Positions 7,055 to 16,264 of a DNA stretch of 32,000 nt are shown here, in pieces. Every line of letters starts with the position of its first letter. The first letter of the stretch is position 1. The stretch spans positions 2,520,001 through 2,552,000 of the forward strand of contig CAWJMG010000003.1 in NCBI GenBank assembly GCA_963843975.1. The letters run 5' to 3'. The position numbers and the translations under genes are program-made. The notes under the pieces are model-generated. The model was given only the letters and a program-made list of their open reading frames with translations. It did not search any database and was not told where the DNA came from. This stretch comes from an uncultured Actinomycetes bacterium (GTDB taxonomy: Bacteria > Actinomycetota > Actinomycetes > S36-B12 > CAIYMF01).

Positions 7055-7471
7055 ATGCGCATCACCAGGAAGCACACCATCGCCGCAGCCGCCGCCGGAA
7101 CCGTCATCGCACTGATCGGCAGTTCCGGGATCGCCATGGCCGCCGGCCAGCCGGCCCCCACCAGCACCGCAGGCACAATCGCCGTCCCGGCGGCAGCTTC
7201 GCCGGGCACCCCGTCGGCCGGCGACGAGAGCGCCGCCGAAGGCATCGACGACGGCACCAACCAGGGCCCGGACGCCAACACCAACGAGCCGGGCCACCAG
7301 GACGCCAACTCCATCGGCGACGCGGCCGAGGGCCCTGAGTCCGGTGCAGAGGGAGCCGAGTCCGCCACCGACGACGGGACCGACAAGGGCCCGGACGCCA
7401 ATCCCAACGAGCAGGGGCACCAGGACGCCGGCAGCGCGGGCGACGCCACTGACACCCAGAGCGGCAACTAG
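7055..7471 (+). CDS. secreted acidic tandem-repeat protein, unknown function
   Basis: ATG 7055 within ORF 6989..7471. Signal-like MRITRKHTIAAAAAGTVIALIGSSGIAMAAG. The mature part is D/E/N/G/H-rich with two ~41-aa repeats: DDGTNQGPDANTNEPGHQDANSIGDAAEG and DDGTDKGPDANPNEQGHQDAGSAGDATD. Confidence 0.7.
   Translation: MRITRKHTIAAAAAGTVIALIGSSGIAMAAGQPAPTSTAGTIAVPAAASPGTPSAGDESAAEGIDDGTNQGPDANTNEPGHQDANSIGDAAEGPESGAEGAESATDDGTDKGPDANPNEQGHQDAGSAGDATDTQSGN
7244..7456 (+). repeat. two copies of a ~90-bp coding repeat, 123-bp period
   Basis: atcgacgacggcaccaaccagggcccggacgccaacaccaacgagccgggccaccaggacgcc starts at 7244. accgacgacgggaccgacaagggcccggacgccaatcccaacgagcaggggcaccaggacgcc starts at 7367. 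Confidence 0.7.
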
Positions 7472-7478
7472 CAGATCA

Positions 7479-7518
7479 GCGCGTGTGGGCCACGGGACTC
7501 GCCGTGGCCCACACGCGC
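7479..7518. terminator. strong stem-loop between convergent genes (bidirectional terminator candidate)
   Basis: Perfect 17-bp stem GCGCGTGTGGGCCACGG (7479-7495) / CCGTGGCCCACACGCGC (7502-7518) with a 6-nt loop. It lies between stop 7471 (+) and the HK2 stop at 7654 (-). Confidence 0.7.
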
Positions 7519-7653
7519 GCGCCTGATGCCCGGTTGGACGCGGGCGACCATCGCCAGGATGCGCAGCACCAGCCGCGCGGGCCGTGACTCGCAGTGAGAC
7601 GCCGCCAGGACGCATGGAGGCCGGTCCCCGCTACGGGTCAGGCCGTCGGACGC

Positions 7654-9009
7654 TCAGGCGGTGGGCCGCGTCTGCGGAAGGCGCAGCAGGAAGTGCCCGC
7701 CGGGGCCGGTCAGGGCGCTCGCCTCTCCTCCGCTGCGCCGCGCGAAGGCTGCGACGATGGAGAGGCCAAGCCCGCTGCCACCCGAGTCCCGCGCGCGGGC
7801 GTCGTCGAGTCGGGTGAAGCGGTCGAAGACCCGTTCGGTGTCAGGCTGTGACAGGCCCGGTCCGTCGTCGTCCACCGCCACGACTACCCACCCTGCGTCG
7901 ACCCCCACGGTGAGCGTGACCGTCGTCCTCGCGTGCCTGACCGCATTGCTGAGCAGGTTGCGGACGGCCCGGTGCAGCGCACGCTCGTCTGCGAGGGCAG
8001 TGCAGTCGGAGCCAAGAAGGGTGACACGCACCTCGGGCCGGATCCGAGCAGCCTGGCTGACCTCGTCGACGAGCGCGGCCGGGAGCAGCACCGGCGCCGG
8101 CACGAAGGGCTCCCCCGCGTCGGCGCGAGCCAGCACCAGCATGTCGTCCACGAGCGAGGTCAGGCGCGCGACATCGGCGAGCGCACCGGCCGTGATGGTC
8201 GGGTCCGCCCTGCCCATGGACGCGAGCTCGAGGTCGAGCTGCAGAGTGGCGAGAGGAGTCCGCAGCTCATGCCCCGCGTCGGCGACGAACCGACGCGTCG
8301 CGTTCTGTTGGTCGTGGAGGCGGTCGAGGAGCTCGTTGAGGGTGACAGCGAGACGCTCGATCTCGTCGCCGGTGCTCGGCACCGTGAGTCGTCCAGCCTC
8401 GAGGCTGCGTAGACGGTCGGCCTCGCTGGTCAGCTCGGACACGGCGGCCAGCGCCGACCCCACCCCTCTCGTGACGAACAGCACGACCAACGCGGTCACG
8501 GACAGAACGGCGGCGGCCAGCGCCCCCAGGACGGCGAGACGTGTGGCCTCACTGCTCTCGTCGTTGCGGGCCGCGCAGACGACATACGTCTGGCCGTCGG
8601 TCGTGACCGTGGTCGCGCGGACCCGGAATGTTCCCGTGAGGCCGGGCTGGTCGAGGTCGATGCTCTGGGCGCGCGCACCCGCAGGCACAGCGCAGATCCG
8701 CGCACCGGGGTCAACGCCGGGTGTGGTGGCGACCGGGGTCCCCTCCTCATCGACGACCTGCACCACGACGGGGTCGGCCGGGTCCAGGGCAGGGAGCTGG
8801 ATCGGATCCCCGGACGACGGCGGGTTCTCCTCAACCTGCGCGATGACATCGCTGACGCTCGCGTCGAGCGCAGAATCCAGGGAGCGGACTCCGGCCGCCT
8901 GCACCAGCACCAGTGCGAGAGCAGCAATCAGGGCAGACCCGAGCAGGACCGCCGCGCCGGCGGCGACAGAGGCACGCGCCCGCAGCGACCGCGGACGGAG
9001 CCGGCTCAC
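7654..9009 (-). CDS. sensor histidine kinase (HK2), paralog of HK1
   Basis: GTG 9009 overlaps the RR2 stop (GTGA). VSRLRPRSLRARASVAAGAAVLLGSALIAALALV..., H-box GHELRTPLATL, GGSGLGLSIV. Same domain order as HK1. Confidence 0.92.
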   Translation of the reverse strand: MSRLRPRSLRARASVAAGAAVLLGSALIAALALVLVQAAGVRSLDSALDASVSDVIAQVEENPPSSGDPIQLPALDPADPVVVQVVDEEGTPVATTPGVDPGARICAVPAGARAQSIDLDQPGLTGTFRVRATTVTTDGQTYVVCAARNDESSEATRLAVLGALAAAVLSVTALVVLFVTRGVGSALAAVSELTSEADRLRSLEAGRLTVPSTGDEIERLAVTLNELLDRLHDQQNATRRFVADAGHELRTPLATLQLDLELASMGRADPTITAGALADVARLTSLVDDMLVLARADAGEPFVPAPVLLPAALVDEVSQAARIRPEVRVTLLGSDCTALADERALHRAVRNLLSNAVRHARTTVTLTVGVDAGWVVVAVDDDGPGLSQPDTERVFDRFTRLDDARARDSGGSGLGLSIVAAFARRSGGEASALTGPGGHFLLRLPQTRPTA

Positions 9010-9722
9010 GTGGTGTCCGTGGCGAGCCGGTAGCCGACGTTGCGGACGGTCTCGATCAGACCGGCGCCGACCTTGCGCCGCAGCCCAGCGACGCACACTT
9101 CCACCAGGTTCGGTGCAGCGTACGGCTCCAGCCACACGTCCTCGAGGAGGGCCTGCTTGGCTACGACCTGATCCGGTCGGGCGGCGAGGTAGGCGACGAC
9201 GTCGTACTCGCGGGCGGTGAGGTCCAGCTCGACCCCGTCGAGCCAGGCGCGGCGCCGCGTCGGCTCCAGCCTGACCCGTCCCGACTGCTGCACAGTTGCG
9301 GCAGGCGTACGTCGAATCAGGTTGGCGAGGCGCGCGAGCAGAATCAGCGTGCTGAACGGCTTCGTGAGGTAGTCGCCGGCGCCTAGCTCCAGCGCGTCGA
9401 GCTGGTCGTAGTCACCGTCCTTGGCCGTGAGGACGAGCACCGGCATCGTGACGCCAGCCCCGCGCAGCTGCTTGAGCACGTCGTAGCCGGAGATGCCGGG
9501 CAGCATGAGGTCGAGCACGATCGCGTCGTGGCCACCAGCCAGCGCCGAGCGTGCGCCGGAGATGCCGTCGTGCATCACATCCACCTGGTAGCCCACGCGT
9601 CGCAGCGCCTCGGCAATCAATCGGGCGAGGCGGACCTCGTCCTCGACCACGAGCACTCGCTCGCCATCGGCGAGCCACGGCTGGAGATCGTCGAACGTCG
9701 GCGTGGTGTCCATCTCCGCCAT
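9006..9722 (-). CDS. OmpR/PhoB-family response regulator (RR2), paralog of RR1
   Basis: ORF track, 238 aa. ...RVLVVEDE...AIVLDLMLPGISG...LTAKDGDYDQLDALELGAGDYLTKPF... shares long identical stretches with RR1. Confidence 0.93.
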   Translation of the reverse strand: MAEMDTTPTFDDLQPWLADGERVLVVEDEVRLARLIAEALRRVGYQVDVMHDGISGARSALAGGHDAIVLDLMLPGISGYDVLKQLRGAGVTMPVLVLTAKDGDYDQLDALELGAGDYLTKPFSTLILLARLANLIRRTPAATVQQSGRVRLEPTRRRAWLDGVELDLTAREYDVVAYLAARPDQVVAKQALLEDVWLEPYAAPNLVEVCVAGLRRKVGAGLIETVRNVGYRLATDTT

Positions 9723-9764
9723 CGTGCCGCATCTGGAGATGCCTCGGCCATGCAGTGCCCGCGC

Positions 9765-9812
9765 GGATCAGGTGCCGCTCAGGTACAGGTCCCTACCGTT
9801 CCTGACATGGCT
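9765..9812 (+). promoter_or_regulatory. candidate response-regulator box plus leaderless promoter of the DUF347-PAP2 operon
   Basis: GGATCA 9765-9770 and CGCTCA 9776-9781 (11-bp phasing; TCAGGT occurs in both). TANNNT element TACCGT at 9794-9799, ending 7 nt before ATG 9807, with no SD. Block 9778-9812 matches 1517-1551 at 30/35. Confidence 0.5.
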
Positions 9813-11099
9813 ATGACCACTGCTGCGACCAGGCCGAACTCCGTGATGAGCCGAAAGCTCCTGAACAAGGTCCCCGAGGTCACGATCTTCTTCTGGATCA
9901 TCAAGGTCCTGTGCACCACGGTCGGAGAGTCCGCGGCCGACTTCTTGAACTACAACCTCAACTGGGGCCTGACCGCGACCTCGATCGTGACGGGTCTGCT
10001 CCTGGCCGTGGTGCTCACGGTGCAGATGAGCCTCCGCCGCTACGTCGCGGGCGTCTACTGGCTGACCGTGATGCTCGTCAGCGTGTTCGGCACGCTGATC
10101 ACGGACAACCTGACCGACAATCTCGGCGTCCCCCTCGCGACGAGCACCATCGTGTTCTCCGTGCTGCTCGCGTTGGTCTTCCTCGGCTGGTACGCGAGCG
10201 AGCGGACACTCTCGATCCACTCGATCTACACGCGTCGTAGGGAGTCGTTCTACTGGCTCGCGATCCTGGTGACCTTCGCGCTGGGAACGGCGACCGGGGA
10301 CCTCATCTCCGAGGAGCTGGGCGTCGGCTACCTGGGGACGGGCATCCTGTGCGCCGTTCTCATCGGGATCATCACCGTCGCCTGGCGGCTGGGCCTCGAC
10401 GCGGTGCTGGCGTTCTGGCTGGCCTACATCCTCACCCGGCCACTCGGTGCCTCGATCGGGGACTTCCTCGCCCAGCCCACCGACAACGGAGGTCTAGGTC
10501 TCGGAGTCACCACGACCTCCCTGATCCTGCTGGTGCTGATCGTCGCGACGGTCACGTACCTGAGCATCCGCAAGCCTGACGTCATCCCCGTCCCGACGGA
10601 CCCGATCGCTCTAGCGCGGCTCGACGAGCCGGAGACGGCCCCGCACCACCGACCCGAATCCCGCCGGACCGCCATGGTGCAGACCGCGGTAACCCTCGCG
10701 TTGGTGGCTCTGCTGGGCACCGGGTTCTACGTCGTACGCAACAACCAGCTCGACGCCGAGGCGGCCCTACCGGCGCCGATAGCGACCGGTTCTTCTCCCG
10801 GCGTGGCGGCGGGCGCGCCGGTGTCCCCCCTCGGCGACCTCACCGCCTTCATCACCATCTCGAAGGACACCCTCACCCTCCTCGACGCCGGCAAGCAGGC
10901 CGACGCCACCACCCGCATCACCGACCTCGAATCCGCATGGGACGACGCTGCAGCCACCCTGAAGCGACGCGACGCCAACGAGTGGCACGCCGTCGACGAC
11001 AAGATCGACGTCGTCCTACGCGACCTTCGCTCGACGACGCCGGACATCCCGACCGAGAAGACCGCCCTGCACGATCTCCTGATCCAGCTGCACGCGTGA
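9807..11099 (+). CDS. polytopic membrane protein, DUF347/COG4705-like repeats, with C-terminal soluble helical domain
   Basis: ATG 9807 within ORF 9528..11099. KVPEVTIFFWIIKVLCTTVGESAADFL and repeated two-helix units with GD/TDNL motifs (my recollection of the DUF347 repeat family). The C-terminal ~150 aa are non-membrane (…ESAWDDAAATLKRRDANEWHAVDDKIDVVLRDL…). Confidence 0.75.
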   Translation: MAMTTAATRPNSVMSRKLLNKVPEVTIFFWIIKVLCTTVGESAADFLNYNLNWGLTATSIVTGLLLAVVLTVQMSLRRYVAGVYWLTVMLVSVFGTLITDNLTDNLGVPLATSTIVFSVLLALVFLGWYASERTLSIHSIYTRRRESFYWLAILVTFALGTATGDLISEELGVGYLGTGILCAVLIGIITVAWRLGLDAVLAFWLAYILTRPLGASIGDFLAQPTDNGGLGLGVTTTSLILLVLIVATVTYLSIRKPDVIPVPTDPIALARLDEPETAPHHRPESRRTAMVQTAVTLALVALLGTGFYVVRNNQLDAEAALPAPIATGSSPGVAAGAPVSPLGDLTAFITISKDTLTLLDAGKQADATTRITDLESAWDDAAATLKRRDANEWHAVDDKIDVVLRDLRSTTPDIPTEKTALHDLLIQLHA

Positions 11100-11872
11100 A
11101 CCGAGGTCAGCCGACGCGGCGCTTGCTGTGGGCGCTGGCGGCCAGAGACCTGCCCTACCTGGGACGTCTAGCGACACCCTTCCTCGGCGTCGCACTCCTA
11201 GCCGCGTCTGTGTTCGCGTGGCTGTCAGACGCGGTCGGTGACCATGACGGCATCACGGCGTTCGACGCGCCGGCGGCCGCGTGGATCGCCACGCACCGGA
11301 CGCTTGCCGAAGGGCAGGCGGGACTGGTCGTGGCCAACGCGACAGGGCCTGCAGCACTGCTCGCCCTCACCATGCTGCTGTCCGCCCTCCTGTGGTGGCG
11401 AGGTGCGAGCCGCCAAGCGTTGATCCTCGCCTCAGGCGTGGCCATCAGCTACGTCGCAGGTGGGCTCGCGAAGCTCGCCGAGCACCGACCCCGGCCGACC
11501 GCGCCCATCAACATCGCGCCCGAAGCCGAGCCTTCGTTTCCGTCAGACCACGTGCTGGTCGTGTCCACCCTGCTCGGCCTGCTGATCCTCCTGGCATGGA
11601 ACCGGCTCTCACGCGCCATGCGCGTGGCGGCCGTCACCACGGCTGTCGCCGCCATCGCCGCGGTCGCAGTCGACAGACTCGTCGTAGGCGCCCACTGGAT
11701 CACCGACGTCGTCGGGGCGATCGCGCTCAGCCTCGTCATCGTCTCCGCCGCAGCTGCCGCCTACCGCGTGACCGAGGCCCGGAAGCGACCTGCTCCCGTC
11801 GCGGCGGGGGCCACCGTGTCCGCCGGCGGATGCAGTGAGCCCGGGAGCGTGGCCGGGGCTGGCGGTATGTGA
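11096..11872 (+). CDS. PAP2-family phosphatase (membrane)
   Basis: GTG 11096 overlaps the upstream stop (GTGA). PAP2 motifs KLAEHRPRP, SFPSDH and VGAHWITDVVGA. Confidence 0.85.
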   Translation: MNRGQPTRRLLWALAARDLPYLGRLATPFLGVALLAASVFAWLSDAVGDHDGITAFDAPAAAWIATHRTLAEGQAGLVVANATGPAALLALTMLLSALLWWRGASRQALILASGVAISYVAGGLAKLAEHRPRPTAPINIAPEAEPSFPSDHVLVVSTLLGLLILLAWNRLSRAMRVAAVTTAVAAIAAVAVDRLVVGAHWITDVVGAIALSLVIVSAAAAAYRVTEARKRPAPVAAGATVSAGGCSEPGSVAGAGGM

Positions 11873-12181
11873 GGCCAGCGCAACAGCCGGCCGACACCGT
11901 GCGCAACGGCCGCAGCCTGTCGGCGGGCGCTGCACCCTGGGGCCGTGATCCGGATGACGGGCGGACCCACCCCCACCAGAGACTTAACGACGTGGTCGAG
12001 TGATCTCTCCATTCCTGTTCCCAGGGTGAAACGAACAACGTGGGCGGCGTCCACTGCGTTTGGCTCCGACGAGCAAGACACTTTCGCCGCGCCTCGACGA
12101 CCGCTGCCGACAGCACCTGCAGTCCGCAGAGGCCCCCGAGAAGCAGCAGACATGTGCATTGTCGGCGTGCGCTGGTACCGT

Positions 12182-12211
12182 CGGAATCGGTTGCGCTGCA
12201 ACGATTTTCCG
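12182..12211 (+). promoter_or_regulatory. imperfect inverted repeat, candidate oriT hairpin
   Basis: CGGAATCGGTTGC-GCT-GCAACGATTTTCCG gives 12 pairs with two bulges. It ends 32 nt upstream of the relaxase start, in a locally lower-GC stretch. Confidence 0.35.
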
Positions 12212-12242
12212 GATCGTATCGGTTGATGATGGGTGGTGGTCG

Positions 12243-15200
12243 GTGGTGCTGTCCAGTGCCAAGATCGGCCGCTCGTCGTGGCGGTACTACCAGGACTCCG
12301 TCGCCCGGGGTGCGTGCGAGTACTACGCCGAGGCCGGCAACGCGCCCGGCCGCTGGCACGGCGTCGGCCTGCCCGAACTCGACCTGACGCCGGGTGCTCG
12401 GGTGGAGGAGGCGGAGCTGGAGGCGCTGTTCGCGCGCGGCCTGCACCCCGTCACCGGGGCGGCCCTCGGCCGCGCGTGGCGCTCGGATGCCGTCACCGGC
12501 CACGACCTGACGTTCTCTGCGCCGAAGTCGGTGTCGGCGCTGTGGGCGCTCGGCGATGACGCGACAGCGGCTCAGGTCCGCGCTGCGCACGCAGCGGCCG
12601 TCGAGGCGGCGCTGGGGTTCCTCGAGGCGCATGCGTCGTTCTCGCGTCGGGGCCGCGACGGGGTCGAGCAGATCGCCACCGCGGGGTACGCGGCGGCGCT
12701 GTTCGAGCACACGACATCCCGGACCGGGGACCCACAGCTGCACACGCACGGTCTGGTGGTGAACAAGGTCCGCTGCCCAGACGGGGTGTGGCGCACCATC
12801 GACGGCTACGAGGTGTTCCACCACAAGAAGGCGGCCGGCGCGCTCTACCAGGCCGCGCTGCGCACCGAGCTCGCCACCCGCCTCGGCATCGCCTTCGAAC
12901 TGGTGTCGGAGCATGGGCAGGCCGAGATCGCCGGCGTCCCTGACGAGCTCCTCGCCGCCTGGTCGACCCGCACTCAGGCGGTGATGGCCGACGCCATCCC
13001 CACCATCGCGGAGGCCGAGGAGGCGCTCGGGCGGCCGGTGAGCGCGGCGGAGCGGACCAGGATCGTCAAGACCGCGGTCCTGGCGACCCGCCCGCCCAAG
13101 GACCACCACGTCCCCGAGGCCGGGCTCCGGTCCCGGTGGCGGGAGCAGGCCCACGCGCTGGGCTGGGACGGCGAGCGGCTGTCGCGGTCCGCACGCCTCG
13201 CGAGCCCCGACGGCATCAGAAACCTCCTCGAGGGGCGAAGCGGCTCGCCCGTGACCGTCACCAGCGACGGCGCCCCCGTCATGACCGCCGTCACCGAGTC
13301 TGTCAGCACCGTCTCTGCCACCGTCAGCACTGTCACGGCCGCCGTCGCGACCGCGGAGGACTCCGTCACGAACTCCGTCACCACCGTCACGAGGACCGGC
13401 GTCGTGGTGACGGACTCCGTCGTGACGGTCGGGGACTCCGTCACCGACTCCGTCGCGCACACCTCGAAGCAGCCATTTGCAGGTGTGGACGCCGGGGGCG
13501 ACCTGACGGAGTGCGTCACTGACTCAGTCACCAGTGGACGCGCCGAGCCGTTCGCCGTCCGGCCGTCGTGGCTCGCCGACGCCGTGACGGCGGTCGGGCG
13601 GTCGGGCGCGGTGTGGTCGGCGGCGGACCTGGCGGTGCAGGTCGCCGCCCGCCTCCCCGTCACCGGCCCGGGTGCGCCGGAAGATGCGCGGAAGACCGCC
13701 GCCGTAATCGAGGCCCTGACCGCCCAGGCCCTGACCGGCGCGTCGGCAGGTGCCGTCCCGCTGGGGACGGATCCGTCGGGGGCGACGGCGCGGGCGTCGG
13801 ATGCCCGCTACGCCTCCCGCGAGGTCGTCGACACCGAGGCCGCCATCATCGAGGCGGTGCTGGACGGGTTGCGGCCGCCGCGCCGGCTCCCCACGACCGT
13901 CCTGCAGGCGTCGACCCCGGCCGGGCTGTCGCAGGAGCAGCAGGTCGCGGCGGTGCGGCTGGTGTCCTCCCGCGACCTGGTCACGGTGATGGTGGCCCCA
14001 GCCGGGGCGGGCAAGACCACCGTCCTCGGAGCCGCCGTCGCCGGCTGGACCACGGCGGGGGCGCGGGTGCTCGCGCTGGGCCCGTCGGCGCGGGCCGCCA
14101 GCGAGCTCGCGGCCTCGACCGGCGTGGCGGGGGTGACGGTGGCGCGGTTCCTGACCCAGCAGACCGCACTCGACACCCGGCCGCCCACCCGCAGCAGCCC
14201 CGGTGTCCGGGATGAGCGGCGGTTGCGTCGCGGCGACGTGCTCCTGGTCGACGAGGCCTCGATGCTCGCGACGTCTGACCTCGCCGCGCTCACCACCCGC
14301 GCCCAAGAGGCGGGGGCGCGGGTGGTGCTGGTCGGCGACCCCGCGCAGATCGGCGCGATCCGAGCTTCCTGGCGGGATGCTCGAGCACCTCGCCCACCTC
14401 CTCCCTTCGCGCGTCGTCGAATTGAGCGGGTTGCACCGGTTCACCCACGCCTGGGAGGCCGCGGCGACGCTTCGGCTGCGCGCCGGCGACGCACGGATCT
14501 TGCGCACCTACCAGGACCAGGACCGGATCCACCCGGCCGCGGACGGGGACGCGGCTGCGGACGCAGTGTTCGACCGCTGGCACACCGCGGTCAGCGACGG
14601 CCTTGACGCGTTGATGCTGGCCCGCGGCTGGGGCGACGTGATCGCGCTGAACGCCCGCGCCCGCGCGGCCGCGATCGCCACCGGCCAGGTCACCGGCGCG
14701 CCGCTGCTGACGGTCACCGCCTGCACCGCCTCCACGCGCGGCCGCCCGGAGACGCGTGAGTGGCGGGTCGGGGACGTGATCATGGCCAAGAAGAACACCG
14801 CCGATCTGCGGATCGGTGCGGACCAGGTCCGTAACGGGGACCGGTTCACCGTCCTGTCCGCGACTCCCGACGGCGACGGTCTGGTCGTGGCGGATCTCGC
14901 AGGCCGCGGCCGGACGTTGATGCCGGCCGCCTACCTCGCTCGACATTCGGAGTTCGGGTGGGCCGCGACCATCGACGCCGCCCAGGGCGCCACCACCGAC
15001 ATCGCGGTCACCCTCGCCCGTCCCGGCCTGGATCGCGAGCACCTCTACGTCGCCATGACCCGCGGCCGGCACGAGAACCACATCCACACCACCCCCGCCG
15101 GTGCCGAGATCGACGCCGGCCCCCACCACACGAGTGACCGCACGGCACAGGAGGTCGATGCCCTCGAGCAGCTCACCCGAGCCCTGGCCACCACCGGCCG

Positions 15201-15801
15201 CGAGCGCGCCGCCCACAGCCTCCTGAACCCGGCCGTCGACCAGGCACGGAGTGCGCGGTTCGACGCCGCAGAGCCCGCGTTCCCCGCCCCACCGACACCG
15301 GTGGAGCTCCGCTACAACCGGGACCGGCTCCAACGGGCCGTCGCCGACCGCGACCGCCTGCGCCGCCGCCTCGACGACGTCCAAGCCGACGCGGAACGCA
15401 TCGGTGCCGAAGTGGCCGAGCTGCCGGTGTGGGCGCGGCGCCGGCGGCGCGACCTCACCACCGCACTGGACGTCGCCCATCGGGACGTCGACAGCGTGGA
15501 CGCCCAGCTCGCGCGGGCCGAGGCCGCCGTCGTCACGGCGAGCACAACGGTCGAAGCAGACACGACCGGGCACGCCGCAGCAACGATCGCCGGGGCCGCG
15601 GAGCGGCGCGGCGGCTGGCAGCGCCGCAGTGACTTGCCCTACCGCAACCCCAACCTCGTCACCGACCCCGCCGATCCGGCCGCGGCCATGGTGCGCGAGC
15701 CCGTCATCGTGGCAGCCGGGCGCGCCGTCGACCGGCCGAGGGACCTGCCACTGCACCAGCCAAGGCGCCGCGTCGCGGGGCACGAACCGCCGGAGCGCTG
15801 A
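12243..15801 (+). pseudogene. MobF/TrwC-TraA-type relaxase fused to RecD-like helicase, frameshifted at ~14361
   Basis: Relaxase domain VLSSAKIG...YY...PGRWHG...DLTFSAPKSVS...HTTSRTGDPQLHTHGLVVNKV. Helicase motifs APAGAGKTT, LLVDEASML, VLVGDPAQIG, then (after the frame change from ORF 12060..14606 to ORF 14203..15801) ELPGGMLEHLA...ATIDAAQGATTD...YVAMTRGR. Start GTG 12243 or 12246. Confidence 0.85.
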
Positions 15802-15933
15802 CAGCGCCCAGGTGGCGGAGCAACGGGGCGGCGCGGCACTGCTCGACGACCTTCTGCCTGTCGGGGCCTCGCGGCGCGCACCTTCCGGTGGGTGCTCGTG
15901 CTGGACGGGCGCCACCAGCATCAGGGAATACGC

Positions 15934-16158
15934 ATGGACCGCACCGACCTCGACCACCTCCCGCCCCTGATCGACGTCCCCACCGCAGCCGCCGTCCTTG
16001 GCATCGGCCGAACCCTGGCCTACGACCTGGTCCGCACCGACCGCTTCCCCACCCCCGTCCTGCGCGTCGGCAAACTCATCCGCATCCCCACCGCCGGGCT
16101 GCGCCGCCTCCTGGACGCGGACCCGAGTACCGTCCCCAACGGCCTCGACAGAGGTTGA
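15934..16158 (+). CDS. excisionase/AlpA-family helix-turn-helix DNA-binding protein
   Basis: ATG 15934 within ORF 15892..16158. MDRTDLDHLPPLIDVPTAAAVLGIGRTLAYDLVRTDRFPTPVLRVGKLIRIPTAGLRRLL is the typical Xis-type HTH followed by the 'R-I-P' wing. Confidence 0.75.
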   Translation: MDRTDLDHLPPLIDVPTAAAVLGIGRTLAYDLVRTDRFPTPVLRVGKLIRIPTAGLRRLLDADPSTVPNGLDRG

Positions 16159-16190
16159 CGATGAAATGTGACCGGGGAGGTGGACGACGG

Positions 16191-16210
16191 CGTCACGCGC
16201 CGTCACGCAC
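16191..16210 (+). repeat. tandem decamer CGTCACGCGC / CGTCACGCAC
   Basis: Read directly from the sequence. It lies between the Xis-like gene and the att core. Confidence 0.5.
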
Positions 16211-16264
16211 GTTCCTGCGCCGTGTGGCAGTGTCAGGCCTGCCAGCTCGCAAAGGTTCGATCAA

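Noticed and set aside
10937-11095. Upstream extensions of listed ORFs: 10937 for PAP2, 9528 for DUF347, 2148 and 3106 for the permeases, 4022 for the lipoprotein, 20025..21479 and 20972..22306 N-termini, 29386 and 28805.
   Set aside because: The extensions overlap the preceding genes, are Arg-rich, and lack GC3 bias. Internal starts with SD sequences or stop/start overlaps fit better.
11736-13460. 574-aa minus-strand ORF antisense to the relaxase. Similar long ORFs occur at 14290..16206 (-), 18695..20341 (-), 23633..25582 (-), 7661..9220 (+), 22248..23726 (+), 19840..21057 (-), 22303..23673 (-) and 3142..4122 (-).
   Set aside because: The translations are Arg/Pro/Gly-rich with no recognisable domains. 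They lie opposite genes with clear family motifs and proper GC3 bias, so they are typical shadow ORFs of high-GC DNA.
13251-13536. Repetitive GTCAC-rich region and the 22687-22745 microsatellite considered as a possible CRISPR array or other spaced repeat array.
   Set aside because: There are no regularly spaced identical repeats with unique spacers. Both are in-frame low-complexity coding sequence.
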